A DNA stretch of 59,871 bases from Dehalococcoidia bacterium (GTDB lineage Bacteria; Chloroflexota; Dehalococcoidia; SZUA-161; SpSt-899), in assembly GCA_023271515.1 (NCBI GenBank), contig JALPXQ010000001.1, positions 1 to 59,871 on the forward strand. The letters are read 5' to 3'. Below are positions 1 through 10,211 of the stretch, in pieces. The translations under genes were made by a program, and so were the position numbers. How positions within the stretch are numbered: the stretch's first letter is position 1; each line of letters opens with the position of its first letter. The notes below the pieces were generated by a model. The model was not told where the DNA came from and searched no databases. It saw only the letters and a program-made list of their open reading frames with translations.

Positions 1-219
1 CCTTCTTGGTTTAAGATTCCTGATGGTAATAGGGAACACCGCAGTATCGCCTGCTTCAATGATTTGACCAGGGAAATCACTTCGTATAACGATAATTGGC
101 TCCCACTCCTCCTCACCTTGCCCCTCTGCCACTGCAACAGGTATGCTTTGTATTAGAAGCATGAGCAAAACTAGAAACACCAGCAACGGTATTCGCTTAG
201 CATTAAAGTTTTTTATCAT
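1..219 (-). CDS. secreted or cell-surface protein, N-terminal part only (runs off window start)
   Basis: My own reverse-strand translation. ATG at 219-217 is preceded by GGTGA. MIKNFNAKRIPLLVFLVLLMLLIQSIPVAVAEG... looks like a signal peptide, and the frame stays open to position 1. It lies directly downstream of the ABC permease. Confidence 0.45.
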   Translation of the reverse strand, partial: MIKNFNAKRIPLLVFLVLLMLLIQSIPVAVAEGQGEEEWEPIIVIRSDFPGQIIEAGDTAVFPITIRNLKPRR

Positions 220-229
220 CTGTATCACC

Positions 230-1372
230 TCACCTTATATCCAGTTTCATAAATTTAGTATATGCAATAGCGAAGAATATCGCTGGTATGACAAATAATG
301 CCAGGATATTCATCCATACTGCATAGAGCCTATCAAAGATGTCCGGGTCTTCAACTGGTATGGCATCAAATGGTCCGGCAACCATCATGCCGCCCATGCC
401 AATATCAAGTGCTGTGGAGATTTTCTCAAAATGTGTCGCCGGACTCAATATGGCAAATGCTTCAGTTATTGGCCTTTTCCTCTCCCAATACGCTTCACTC
501 TCTCTTCTCCATTCAGCCCATTCTTCGTCAGCAAATGGGTCGATTTTAAATTCAGGCATCTCGGGTACTCGATCATCTCCCTCCTGTCTTTCATCTGGTG
601 GTGGTCTCATTGGTGGCATAGCAGGTGGCTCAGGTCGAGGCCCAACTATCATTTCTGCAGCAAACGGAGCAATGGCCGGCAAAATAAGTGAAATCACAAG
701 TATGATGCCAAAGGCAAACATAATAGAAGATCCACTGTTCTTAAATAGAACCGATGACATAAGTGCAATTGCAAAAAATGACAACAGCAGTATTACAGAA
801 ATAATTCCAAATAAGGCGATGTTTACAAACTCACCAATAGTTGGAACTATGTCCGATATGAGGAGCATTGCCAGAGAGATTCCAAAAGTCATACCAATGG
901 CGAGTATAATTACAAGCAGTCCTGCTATTGCCTTCCCGTTTATAATTTCATCACGATATATGGGATGGGATAACAGTGTTTTAAGTGTTCGATCTTGCCT
1001 CTCCTTAGATATAAGATCAAAACCCATAACTACTGCCAGAATCGCTCCAAGTACTGGCATTGCCATCCTCATCCACATGAATGCATAGAGTGGGGATGGT
1101 CTTTCGGGCATCCACTCCGTCACATCTATGACACCTGGGTATCCTGGTGGGCCTGCTGGCATCGGTATCCTTATATCTTCTGCATCTTCTATTCTTTCTA
1201 TATGCTCCTTATACCTATCAAGCGCATCGTGATACATATTAATTCCTTCGTGAAGTGAATAGGCAGACAGCAGAAGAAATATAAGGAATACAATGATGAA
1301 TTTGCCACTCCTTATATGGTCTATAAGCTCCTTTCGTACTATATTTGTCAGTCCGTTCCTATTGCTTCTCAT
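230..1372 (-). CDS. ABC-2 type transporter permease
   Basis: 380-aa ORF with multiple hydrophobic helices and a Pro-rich loop. It lies immediately downstream of an ABC ATPase gene and is AT-rich relative to the backbone. Confidence 0.75.
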   Translation of the reverse strand: MRSNRNGLTNIVRKELIDHIRSGKFIIVFLIFLLLSAYSLHEGINMYHDALDRYKEHIERIEDAEDIRIPMPAGPPGYPGVIDVTEWMPERPSPLYAFMWMRMAMPVLGAILAVVMGFDLISKERQDRTLKTLLSHPIYRDEIINGKAIAGLLVIILAIGMTFGISLAMLLISDIVPTIGEFVNIALFGIISVILLLSFFAIALMSSVLFKNSGSSIMFAFGIILVISLILPAIAPFAAEMIVGPRPEPPAMPPMRPPPDERQEGDDRVPEMPEFKIDPFADEEWAEWRRESEAYWERKRPITEAFAILSPATHFEKISTALDIGMGGMMVAGPFDAIPVEDPDIFDRLYAVWMNILALFVIPAIFFAIAYTKFMKLDIR

Positions 1373-1378
1373 ATCAAA

Positions 1379-2308
1379 TCACTCCTTATAAATGGAGAGG
1401 AATACTTCCTCCAGTGTTGGCTCGTGCATTTTCATGCCTTTCATACGGATGTGTTTTTCAAATAGAATTCCAGATATGTCCTCTCTAATATCGGAAGTGG
1501 ACTCTATAACCACTCTTTTTCGATCTTCACTATACTCGATCTTCAGGATATCACTATGGGTTAAATCTGGAATTGGATCAAATGCCTCGATTATCATCTG
1601 TTTCTGATCTTCTCCCATGCCACTGAATTCTCTTTTAAGTTCATCAATCGTACCTTTCGCTATCAGTCTACCTTCCTTTATAATTCCTATTGTTTTGCAA
1701 ACATTGCTTACCTCAGGCAAAATATGGGAAACTATAAAAATTGTCTTTCCTTCATCAGATAATCGCTTTACGAGATTTCGATACTGAAAAACGCTTTCGG
1801 GGTCTAAGTTTGCCGTTGGTTCATCCAAAAACAGTATCTTGGGGTCGTTTATAAGTGCCTGAGCCATACCAAGTCTCTGAGTCATACCTCGAGAAAATTG
1901 ACCTACTTTCTTTGTCACACCTCCAAGATTAACAAGTTCAAGCACCTCCTCTATCTTCTTCTGGCGCGCACTTTTTTCAATTTTATAAAACCCGGCAAAG
2001 TAATTAAGATTCTCCGCTGCAGTCATATTGGAGTAGAATCCAATATCTTCGGGTAAATATCCAATGATATTTTTTACACTAAGTGGATCTTTTGAGACTT
2101 CTATATCGTTTACAAAACATTTGCCGTGGGTAGGTTCAATCATTCCGACGAGCATCAGTATTGTTGTGCTTTTTCCGGCACCATTTGGACCAAGAAATCC
2201 GAAAATGTCTCCCTCTTCTACCTCCAGATTAAGTCCATCTACTGCTTTTACCCCATTATAGTTTTTTGTTAAATTTTCTGTCCGTATCATGTATCTCATA
2301 TATTCCAC
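1379..2308 (-). CDS. ABC transporter ATP-binding protein
   Basis: Walker A GPNGAGKST, signature FSRGMTQRL, Walker B ILFLDEPT. The start is uncertain: GTG at 2308 or ATG at 2290. Confidence 0.9.
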   Translation of the reverse strand: MEYMRYMIRTENLTKNYNGVKAVDGLNLEVEEGDIFGFLGPNGAGKSTTILMLVGMIEPTHGKCFVNDIEVSKDPLSVKNIIGYLPEDIGFYSNMTAAENLNYFAGFYKIEKSARQKKIEEVLELVNLGGVTKKVGQFSRGMTQRLGMAQALINDPKILFLDEPTANLDPESVFQYRNLVKRLSDEGKTIFIVSHILPEVSNVCKTIGIIKEGRLIAKGTIDELKREFSGMGEDQKQMIIEAFDPIPDLTHSDILKIEYSEDRKRVVIESTSDIREDISGILFEKHIRMKGMKMHEPTLEEVFLSIYKE

Positions 2309-2415
2309 CTGCTTCTTTTGATTTGTTATACTCCACTGCCCCTGAAGAACCAGTTTTTTGATTGTATATTAAGTAGCCTCCTTCTATTATATCACCTTTT
2401 CCCTCATCTATCTAT

Positions 2416-2460
2416 ATTATAACGCCTCAATGTTAAGATTCTGTTAAGAGATTGTTAAGA
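2416..2460 (-). promoter_or_regulatory. candidate activator-dependent promoter: three TGTTAAGA repeats at 11-bp phasing plus a -10 TATAAT
   Basis: TGTTAAGA occurs at 2431-2438, 2442-2449 and 2453-2460 (plus-strand spelling). On the minus strand TATAAT lies at 2421-2416, downstream of the repeats. There is no good -35 hexamer. Confidence 0.4.
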
Positions 2461-2514
2461 TAAGGTTGCATCTATATCTTGACATTATCAGATTAGGTGG
2501 TAGCCAGGGAAGAA

Positions 2515-4341
2515 CTATAACCGTTCCTTCACCTTCGCTGCCAGCGACCGGGTCATCCCTGGAACCGAGGCCAGTTCGTCAAGCGAGGCAGACATAATCT
2601 CCCTGAGAGTGCCGAACCTCTTGAGCAGGGCTTGTCTGCGCTTGGGCCCGATGCCGGGTACCTCATCGAGTTCAGAGGTGAGCGCGCCTTTTCTTCTCAC
2701 CTTTAGATGATAGGAAAGGGCAAAGCGATGTGACTCATCTCGAATACGCTGCAAGAGGTAAAGCGCCTGTGAGTTTCGGGGCAGGGTGATCGGCTCGGCT
2801 GCCTGGGGAAGGAAGATTTCCTCGTTTTCCTTGGCGATGCCGGCTATGGGAACGGATTCAATGCCCAGCTTACGGATGACCTCCAGGGCGGCATTGAGGT
2901 GTCCCCGCCCCCCATCGATGAGGACCAGATCGGGGGTTGAGCCCCAACTTTCACCGGTTTCTTCTTGTCTGGCACTGGATGTTCTCCTGAAGCGTCGCCG
3001 CAACACCTCCCGCATCATGGCATAGTCATCGATACCGGCCACTGCCCTGATCCGGAACCGGCGATAATGCGACGATTTCGGTTTACCACCCATAAAGACA
3101 ACCATGCTGCCCACCGCCGCCGTCCCACGTATATCGGATATGTCGTAACACTCTATTCGCTGGGGCATTCGAGGCAGGCGCAAGCGATCCTTTAACTCCT
3201 CCAGGGCAGCGGCGGTTTTTCCGCTATCGGCGAGCCACTTTATCCGGGATTGCTCCAGTAACTCTGAGGCATTCTGAGCAACCAGATCCACCAGTCTCTT
3301 CTTTTCCCCGCGGCGCGGCGTCAGTAATCGAACCCGGCGACCACGCTTGCTCTCCAGCCAGGTCTCGATCAACGGCTTATCCACCAGTTCTGTCTGGAGC
3401 AGTATCTGTGGCGGGATGGTTACTCCGGAACTGTAGAACTGTTCCACAAAACTCGCCATGATCTGGCGGGGATTCTCGTCCTGCACGCCCTCGAGAAGGA
3501 AATGCTCCTGGCCCAGTAACTTGCCCCCGCGGATGAAGAATACCTGGGCGCAGGCCTCATTCTTGTCCTGAGCAATGGCAATTACATCTTCATTGACTTT
3601 ACGGGTAGAGACAACCTTCTGCTGCTCGATGATGCTTTCAATCGCCTGAATCTGGTCTCGCAACGAGGCAGCCTTCTCGAAATCCAGGTTTGAAGCTGCC
3701 GCCGACATCTTCTTCTTAAGCTCATGTATCACCTGGGCCTGTTTTCCCTCTAGAAAGAGTATCACCTGGGCGATGATCCTCTGGTACTCCTCTTGGTTCA
3801 CCGCCCCGATGCAGGGCCCGGTGCAGCGGTGGATGTGATATTTAAGACAGGGGCGAGTATCGGTGCCAGTGATGATCCTCTTGCAGGTTCGATAGGGGAA
3901 GAGTTTGTTCACCAGGTTCATGGTTCGGCGAAGGGAGCCGGGGCTGGCGAAGGGGCCGAAGTACCGGCTTCCATCCTCGATTAAACGCCTGGTCAGTTGC
4001 ACGCCGGGCCACTCCTCGGCGAGGGTGATCTTGAGATAGGGATAGCTCTTATCGTCCTTGAACCGAACATTAAAATAGGGCCGATACTTCTTGATGAGAT
4101 TGCATTCGAGGATGAGGGCCTCTTGCTCCGAATCGGTGACGATGAAATCGATATCAGTTGTCATGGATACCATTTTCTGAAGCTTTGGGGGCAGCGCCTG
4201 GGATGCAAAGTATGACCTCACTCGATGCTGCAGGCTGGCCGCTTTGCCCACATAGAGGACAGCCCCGCCATCGTCCCGAAAGAGATAGACTCCCGGCTTG
4301 TCCGGCAATTGGGATTGCTTTCCACCGGTTTCAAATCTCAT
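2515..4341 (-). CDS. uvrC: excinuclease ABC subunit C
   Basis: 608 aa. GIY-YIG N-terminus (GVYLFRD...LYVGKA) and C-terminal helix-hairpin-helix (GIGPKRRQALLKRFG). Confidence 0.95.
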   Translation of the reverse strand: MRFETGGKQSQLPDKPGVYLFRDDGGAVLYVGKAASLQHRVRSYFASQALPPKLQKMVSMTTDIDFIVTDSEQEALILECNLIKKYRPYFNVRFKDDKSYPYLKITLAEEWPGVQLTRRLIEDGSRYFGPFASPGSLRRTMNLVNKLFPYRTCKRIITGTDTRPCLKYHIHRCTGPCIGAVNQEEYQRIIAQVILFLEGKQAQVIHELKKKMSAAASNLDFEKAASLRDQIQAIESIIEQQKVVSTRKVNEDVIAIAQDKNEACAQVFFIRGGKLLGQEHFLLEGVQDENPRQIMASFVEQFYSSGVTIPPQILLQTELVDKPLIETWLESKRGRRVRLLTPRRGEKKRLVDLVAQNASELLEQSRIKWLADSGKTAAALEELKDRLRLPRMPQRIECYDISDIRGTAAVGSMVVFMGGKPKSSHYRRFRIRAVAGIDDYAMMREVLRRRFRRTSSARQEETGESWGSTPDLVLIDGGRGHLNAALEVIRKLGIESVPIAGIAKENEEIFLPQAAEPITLPRNSQALYLLQRIRDESHRFALSYHLKVRRKGALTSELDEVPGIGPKRRQALLKRFGTLREIMSASLDELASVPGMTRSLAAKVKERL

Positions 4342-4392
4342 AATGTCATCTGACTTCTATAATCAATCTATACTTGTCAAGTAGAAATGCGT

Positions 4393-6534
4393 TCATCTAT
4401 CCCCGGCAATCCGGCTCACGCTGATGATCCCCCGTACCCTCTCTAGCCGGGAGAAGAGCCGGCTTAGATGCCCGATGTCGGTAATGTCCAGAATGAGGTA
4501 TACGGAGATGGTAGCATCATCGTGATTTACATTGGAGATCGAGGTAATATTCACTTTGTTCTCCGAAACAACGGTGCTGATATCTCTTATCAGCCCCACC
4601 CGGTTGTATGCCTTGATGCAAATCGAGACCGGATAGGAGCGAACGCTCTGGCCCCAACTGACGTCGATTAACCTCTCTTTCTCACTCTCGGCGCTGATAT
4701 TAGGGCAGTCCCGGCGATGAATGGTGACGCCTTTAGTTCGAGTAACGAAGCCGGCGATCTCATCGCCGGGAACCGGCATGCAGCATGGTGCAAGGTGTGT
4801 CAGCAAATCGCCGACTCCGAGCACCTGGATACCGGTGGGTGCCGCCGGCCGCTTTGGGGCTGTTGGGGGAGGTGATACGGTTTCCTCCCTGGGAACTAAC
4901 TTGGGGCCGATCTGATGGGCGCTGATATCTCCACACCCGATGGCAATCAGAAATTCGTTGAGATCGTCGTAGTCGAATAAGCTTGCTATTTCTATCCCGC
5001 TGGCACTCACCCCAAGGCGTCTAAGCTCCTTCTCAAAGAGTGCCTTCCCCCGTTCGAGATTCTCGGCTCGCTCTCGTCTTCGGAACCACTGCCTGATCTT
5101 ATCCCGTGCCTGATGGCTCTTGACATAACCAGAGTGTGGGTTCAGCCAGTCGAGGCTTGGCCCGCGATCCGATTTGGTGCTGAGTATCTCGACTACATCC
5201 CCATCCCGAAGTTGATAAGTCAGTTGAACGAGCTTGCCATTGACCTTGGCCCCGGTGCAGCGATGGCCCAGCTCGGTATGAATTCGATAGGCGAAATCAA
5301 GTGGGGTGGCCCCTTGAGGTAATTCTTTGATCTCGCCCCTGGGGGTAAATACGTAGACCTGATCCTTAAAGACGTCGGCTTTGAGTGACTCCACGAGATC
5401 AGTCCCGGTGAGATCCTGGCGCCATTCTATGAGTTGCCTGAACCAGGCCAATTTCTCCTCAAAGCCTATGTCTTTCTTTGCGCCTTCTTTGTAGCGCCAG
5501 TGGGCCGCAACCCCGTATTCGCTGGTGCGATGCATTTCATAAGTTCGAATCTGTATCTCCAGTGGTTTGCCTTCGAGCGCTATCACTGTGGTGTGAAGCG
5601 ATTGATACATATTCCCTTTGGGGTTAGCAATGTAGTCATCGAACTGTCCGCGCAGTGGATGCCAGAGGTTATGAATAATGCCCAGGGCGTTATAACAATC
5701 GGAGATTTCGTCAACAAGGACGCGAATCGCCAGGAGATCGTGAATCTCACTGAATTCCTTTCCCTGCTCGGCATATTTCTGCATCTTGGTATAAATGCTG
5801 TAGATGCTCTTTGGCCGGCCGCTGATATCAGCCTTGAGTCCCGCTTTCTGAAACTCATCTTTCAGAACTCGGCTGGCGTAGGTGATGTATCTGTCCCAGG
5901 CTGTTTTTCTGACCTCCAGAAGGTGGGCGATCTCCCGGTGATCATCCGGCTGAAGCCAGCGAAATGAGAGGTCTTCCAACTCCTGTTTTAGGCGCCATAT
6001 TCCCAGCCGGTGGGCAAGGGGAGCGTATATCTCCATTGTCTCTCGAGCAATGCGATCACGCTTCTGCGGAGGCAGAGGGCCCAGGGTGCGCATGTTGTGT
6101 ATCCTATCGGCCAGCTTGATGAACACCACGCGAACGTCTTGCGACATAGCAAGCAGCATCTTGCGCAGGTTGTCTGCCTGGGGGTGGCTATCTTCCATGC
6201 TCTCTGAGCCTCGCCTGGCGATCATGTTCAACTTGGTTGTGCCGTCAACCAGATTTCTAACTTCCGCCCCAAATCTGCGCTCAATTTCTTCCAGCGCTAT
6301 CCCGCAGTCCTCGGGCACGTCATGGAGCAAGGCAGCAATTATGCCGGCGGCGCCAAGACGGAGATCAGCCACAATGCTAGCGGTTTGGACAGGATGTTCC
6401 AGATAGGGTCCCCCTGACTTGCGAACCTGGCCGGCGTGCGCCTCGAGCGCAAAGCGGTAAGCTTCCTCGATCAGGGGGAGATCCTCCGGGGGAAGGTAGG
6501 CGCTTACCTTGGCGATGAGTTCTTGGGAGTCCAT
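4393..6534 (-). CDS. rel: bifunctional (p)ppGpp synthetase/hydrolase, RelA/SpoT family
   Basis: HD motif LLHDVPED, synthetase motif RPKSIYSIYTKM, and TGS and ACT-like C-terminal regions. Start placed at MDSQELI (ATG 6534), because the upstream ORF extension does not look like protein. Confidence 0.93.
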   Translation of the reverse strand: MDSQELIAKVSAYLPPEDLPLIEEAYRFALEAHAGQVRKSGGPYLEHPVQTASIVADLRLGAAGIIAALLHDVPEDCGIALEEIERRFGAEVRNLVDGTTKLNMIARRGSESMEDSHPQADNLRKMLLAMSQDVRVVFIKLADRIHNMRTLGPLPPQKRDRIARETMEIYAPLAHRLGIWRLKQELEDLSFRWLQPDDHREIAHLLEVRKTAWDRYITYASRVLKDEFQKAGLKADISGRPKSIYSIYTKMQKYAEQGKEFSEIHDLLAIRVLVDEISDCYNALGIIHNLWHPLRGQFDDYIANPKGNMYQSLHTTVIALEGKPLEIQIRTYEMHRTSEYGVAAHWRYKEGAKKDIGFEEKLAWFRQLIEWRQDLTGTDLVESLKADVFKDQVYVFTPRGEIKELPQGATPLDFAYRIHTELGHRCTGAKVNGKLVQLTYQLRDGDVVEILSTKSDRGPSLDWLNPHSGYVKSHQARDKIRQWFRRRERAENLERGKALFEKELRRLGVSASGIEIASLFDYDDLNEFLIAIGCGDISAHQIGPKLVPREETVSPPPTAPKRPAAPTGIQVLGVGDLLTHLAPCCMPVPGDEIAGFVTRTKGVTIHRRDCPNISAESEKERLIDVSWGQSVRSYPVSICIKAYNRVGLIRDISTVVSENKVNITSISNVNHDDATISVYLILDITDIGHLSRLFSRLERVRGIISVSRIAGDR

Positions 6535-6673
6535 ATTATAAGTATAGCGTCGGACTGATAGATATGCAACAAAAATCTGGCCACCTCTTCTAAAACATGG
6601 ATGCTTGTGGTATACTGGCGATGAAGCCGGGTCAGGGGGTGGTTTGACCACGGCGGTGAGGTAAGATAATACT

Positions 6674-7573
6674 ATGGAAACACTATTAAACATAAGAAAC
6701 ATATCAAAGCAGTTTGGCAAGAATACTGTTGTAGATCAAGTATCCTTTGATGTTCATAAGGGTGAAATACTCGGCGTTCTCGGTCCCAATGGGGCGGGGA
6801 AGACCACGGTAATTAGAAGCATCATGGATATAATACGACCGGATTCAGGGGAAATTAGATTTAATTTTCAAGACAACAACAACTTTTTGTCTCAAATAGG
6901 CTATTTACCCGAAGAACGAGGTTTATATAGAGACTCCAGGGTGACGGATATACTATTGTATCTTGCTCAACTTAAGGAATATCCCAGAGATAGAGCGCGA
7001 AAAAGGGTGTTGGAATACCTTGCCAAATTTGATTTAGAAAATGCCGGGAAAATGAAAATAAAAGAACTTTCCAGGGGAATGGCCCAGAAAGTGCAATTTA
7101 TCGGCGCCATACTTCATGAGCCGGCTATCTTGATTCTTGATGAACCGTTTTCCGGATTAGACCCTGTTAGTCAAGATGTATTTTCTGAAGAGATTAGAAA
7201 TCTGGCAAGAAATGGTGTGGCTGTCTTGTTTTCTTCGCATCAGATGAATTTGGTGGAGAATCTCTGTGATCGCATCTTTATGATTCATAAAGGGAAAAAA
7301 GTATTATACGATACTCTTTTAAGGATCAAGCAAGATTTTGGCAGTTTTAAGTGTGAGATTATGAGTGAAGAGAATATCAGGGATAAGTTTATAAACTTCA
7401 AAGAAACCGAAAAGATAGAGCAAGAAGGCCTTCGCACAACGATCTATCTTAAGAAAGGCGTTGAGCCAGGTCAGTTTATCCAAAAATTGCCAGACAATAT
7501 ATCTATTGAGGAGGTTACAATTAAGAGAGATTCGCTTCATGATATTTTTGTGAGAACTGTAACCGAAAATTAG
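6674..7573 (+). CDS. ABC transporter ATP-binding protein (NatA-like)
   Basis: GPNGAGKTT, LSRGMAQKV, ILILDEPFSGLD. AT-rich block. Confidence 0.88.
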   Translation: METLLNIRNISKQFGKNTVVDQVSFDVHKGEILGVLGPNGAGKTTVIRSIMDIIRPDSGEIRFNFQDNNNFLSQIGYLPEERGLYRDSRVTDILLYLAQLKEYPRDRARKRVLEYLAKFDLENAGKMKIKELSRGMAQKVQFIGAILHEPAILILDEPFSGLDPVSQDVFSEEIRNLARNGVAVLFSSHQMNLVENLCDRIFMIHKGKKVLYDTLLRIKQDFGSFKCEIMSEENIRDKFINFKETEKIEQEGLRTTIYLKKGVEPGQFIQKLPDNISIEEVTIKRDSLHDIFVRTVTEN

Positions 7574-7590
7574 GGATCGAGGTTTCTTCT

Positions 7591-8850
7591 ATGAAAACAG
7601 TACAGAACAATACGATAAGAAACGGCATTAAGGTTGCTTTGTGGGAAATCAGAAAATTAGTGTGGAACAAAGCCTTTATTATTTCCCTTCTATTGACGCC
7701 GGTTATCTGGGGTTTATTTATGGGACTGCCAAGACTTTTTGAGAAAATCGGGGAACCCGCTGCTGCGCCCACAACTTATATATACATAGTAGATGAAATT
7801 GGTATTTATGAATCATTGTCTCAAAAGGTAAGTGATATAGATAATCTGTTTTTAAGAAAGCATTCAGGCCCTATAGATGACTTAAGAAATCGCATCGAAG
7901 GTGATGAAAATGCTGGATACGTGCACATAACAGAGGAGATATTTGAAACAAGACTAATCAGTGTAATGACAGGTACAGGAGATACTCACATTCCACTTGC
8001 CTTTAATACCAGACTCAAGGAAACACTGACGCGCTATGAATTGGCAATGCACAATGTAGAAGCGGGGGATATCGAAAAAATTGTTGCTGGATATTTCGTT
8101 AGTGTTAGTCCGGTTATTGAAGAAAGTGTGGATCCAATGGATCGTGTTAGAAAATGGGTTCCACCGATTTTTGCAATGATAATCTTTTTTATGGTCTTCA
8201 TGAGCGGAATGACGACTATGCAAAGCGCTATATCCGACAAAAGAGATAAAATGATTGAAATATTACTTTCTTCGGTATCTGCAAGCAGTCTGATGTATGG
8301 AAAGATCATTGGTAATTTCTTTGCCGGACTTATTCAATTGGCAGTATATTTGATATATGCACTAATGTTCATACATTTTCTGGGCATTCCTGGACTTGGC
8401 CATATTCCGGTGCATCAATTACTTTCTTATATTATCTCACCTGAATTGCCGTTATTATTGTTTTTTGCTCTCGCGGGCTATCTTTTGTTTTCTTCCATAT
8501 ATGCCGGGCTGGGGGCTACAATGGAAGACGTTATGAATGCTGGAAATTTTCAAGGAATCATTATGTTGCTCCCAGCCTTATCCGCTCTTTTCATAAGCCC
8601 TGTTATCGGCAATCCAGAAGGAATTATTGCCCAGATTGGAAGCTATATTCCGTTTACAGCCTCCATAGTAATGATACTAAGAATCACCCTTATTGACTTG
8701 GCTTTGATAGAAATTGTTATTCCAGTAGTTATTTTACTGGCATCAACAATGTTTATGGCGAAACTTGCCGGCAAGATATTCAGAACAGGAATGTTGATGT
8801 ATGGGAAGGAAGCGGATCCGAAAGAAATGTGGAAGTGGTTGAGACAGTAA
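7591..8850 (+). CDS. ABC-2 family permease (NatB-like topology)
   Basis: 419 aa. One N-terminal TM helix, a loop of roughly 150 aa, then about five TM helices. Paired with the upstream ATPase. Confidence 0.75.
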   Translation: MKTVQNNTIRNGIKVALWEIRKLVWNKAFIISLLLTPVIWGLFMGLPRLFEKIGEPAAAPTTYIYIVDEIGIYESLSQKVSDIDNLFLRKHSGPIDDLRNRIEGDENAGYVHITEEIFETRLISVMTGTGDTHIPLAFNTRLKETLTRYELAMHNVEAGDIEKIVAGYFVSVSPVIEESVDPMDRVRKWVPPIFAMIIFFMVFMSGMTTMQSAISDKRDKMIEILLSSVSASSLMYGKIIGNFFAGLIQLAVYLIYALMFIHFLGIPGLGHIPVHQLLSYIISPELPLLLFFALAGYLLFSSIYAGLGATMEDVMNAGNFQGIIMLLPALSALFISPVIGNPEGIIAQIGSYIPFTASIVMILRITLIDLALIEIVIPVVILLASTMFMAKLAGKIFRTGMLMYGKEADPKEMWKWLRQ

Positions 8851-8930
8851 CCCTTCTTTGCACTAGTGCCTACGATGCGAATCCCGGAAAAATCGGGAAT
8901 GTGGCGGGGCAAAGTTGGAAATGGAGAGTC

Positions 8931-9914
8931 ATGCGCATCGTATTTATGGGAACGCCCGAGTTCGGAGCGATCATTCTAAGGCGACTGCTCTCCAGTGAAC
9001 ATGAGGTAATAGCGGTCTACTCTCAGGCGGATAAGCCCGCAGGGCGCGGACGGATCGCCACTGCTCCACCGGTGAAGCAAGTTGCCCAGGAGCACGGTCT
9101 GATGGTATTCCAGCCAAAGGGGCTGAGGGACAGAGCTGAAGTTGCGCAACTGGCTAACCTGAGGCCAGATGCCATAGTCGTCGCCGCTTTCGGGCAGATA
9201 TTGCCCCGGGAGATACTGAACATCCCGGAGTTCGGCTGCCTGAATGTTCATCCCTCCCTCCTGCCCCGCTATCGCGGCGCCTCCCCTATCCCCTCTGCCA
9301 TTCTGTCTGGTGATGATATAACCGGTGTTAGCATTATGCTCATGGACGAAGGCATGGACACTGGACCTGTTCTAGGCCAGAGGACGGTTTCAATACACGG
9401 CGAAGATACCGCTGAATCACTGGGGTCCAGACTGGCCCAGGTTGGGGCTGATCTCCTGATAGAAACTCTCCCTCAATGGTTTGAGCGTCGTTTGGTGCCA
9501 CAGCCCCAAAAGGAAGAAGATGCCACCTATACCAGGCCGATTCTCAAGAGCGATGGAGAAATAGATTGGAATCTTCCGGCGGTGGAACTCTCGAGAAGAG
9601 TGCGTGCCTTCTATCCCTGGCCTGGATGTTTCACCCTGTGGCAGGGAAGGGTTCTCAAGATACTGGAGGCGGTCGCCTTGCCTCCTCGTGGGGAAGTGGG
9701 GCCAGGGACAGTTGTGCCGCTATCCGCTGAGGTGCCGGTGGGGGTGGGGACGGGGGAGGGGATACTGGGGCTGCATCGGGTTCAGCTCGAGGGGAAAAGA
9801 CCGATGTCTGCTGCCGAGTTCCTGCACGGGCAGAGGGCCTTTATCGGGCAGAAATTGACTCACCCTCCCCTGCTTGAGAGCCGCCGGCCGCCCAGGAGAT
9901 GCATATGCAGGTGA
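8931..9914 (+). CDS. fmt: methionyl-tRNA formyltransferase
   Basis: MRIVFMGTPEFG start and HPSLLPRYRGASPI motif. Start moved to ATG 8931 inside the longer ORF. Confidence 0.92.
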   Translation: MRIVFMGTPEFGAIILRRLLSSEHEVIAVYSQADKPAGRGRIATAPPVKQVAQEHGLMVFQPKGLRDRAEVAQLANLRPDAIVVAAFGQILPREILNIPEFGCLNVHPSLLPRYRGASPIPSAILSGDDITGVSIMLMDEGMDTGPVLGQRTVSIHGEDTAESLGSRLAQVGADLLIETLPQWFERRLVPQPQKEEDATYTRPILKSDGEIDWNLPAVELSRRVRAFYPWPGCFTLWQGRVLKILEAVALPPRGEVGPGTVVPLSAEVPVGVGTGEGILGLHRVQLEGKRPMSAAEFLHGQRAFIGQKLTHPPLLESRRPPRRCICR

Positions 9915-10201
9915 GGAACAACTTGCCCTCCCTCCGGGCCGCAGTTGATCACCAGGCGATAACCTCTCTCGGAGATACCCTCCACTTCTGCCAGCTGTCT
10001 TGCCACACCTGCCATTTTACCCAAAATGGGCAGATCCTTGTCCTTCAGCTCGCTCAGGCTAGCAACATGTTTCCGGGGCACGATGAGAATGTGTATCGGT
10101 GCCTGAGGATTGATGTCCCGGAAGGCGACGATCTCATCATCCTGCTGGAGCATTTCTCCCGGAATCTCCCCGGATATGATCTGACAGAAAACGCAAGACA
10201 T
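9860..10201 (-). CDS. HIT family (histidine triad) protein
   Basis: 113 aa with the HLHMHLLGG histidine triad. Confidence 0.9.
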   Translation of the reverse strand: MSCVFCQIISGEIPGEMLQQDDEIVAFRDINPQAPIHILIVPRKHVASLSELKDKDLPILGKMAGVARQLAEVEGISERGYRLVINCGPEGGQVVPHLHMHLLGGRRLSSRGG

Positions 10202-10211
10202 TCTTCCCTCC

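Noticed and set aside
8851-8930. attC-like sites flanking the other AT-rich insertions. Checked 8851-8930, 13626-13772, and 48671-49136 tested against the cassette rule.
   Set aside because: None has the CCCAAAT/ACTTCG core and none has start-box/end-box complementarity. 8851-8930 holds only a small terminator-like hairpin.
9860-9914. A 55-nt convergent overlap of fmt and the HIT gene. Considered as a possible frameshift in fmt.
   Set aside because: The Fmt domains are complete before the overlap. The Arg/Pro-rich tail is most simply late termination running into the antisense of the HIT gene.
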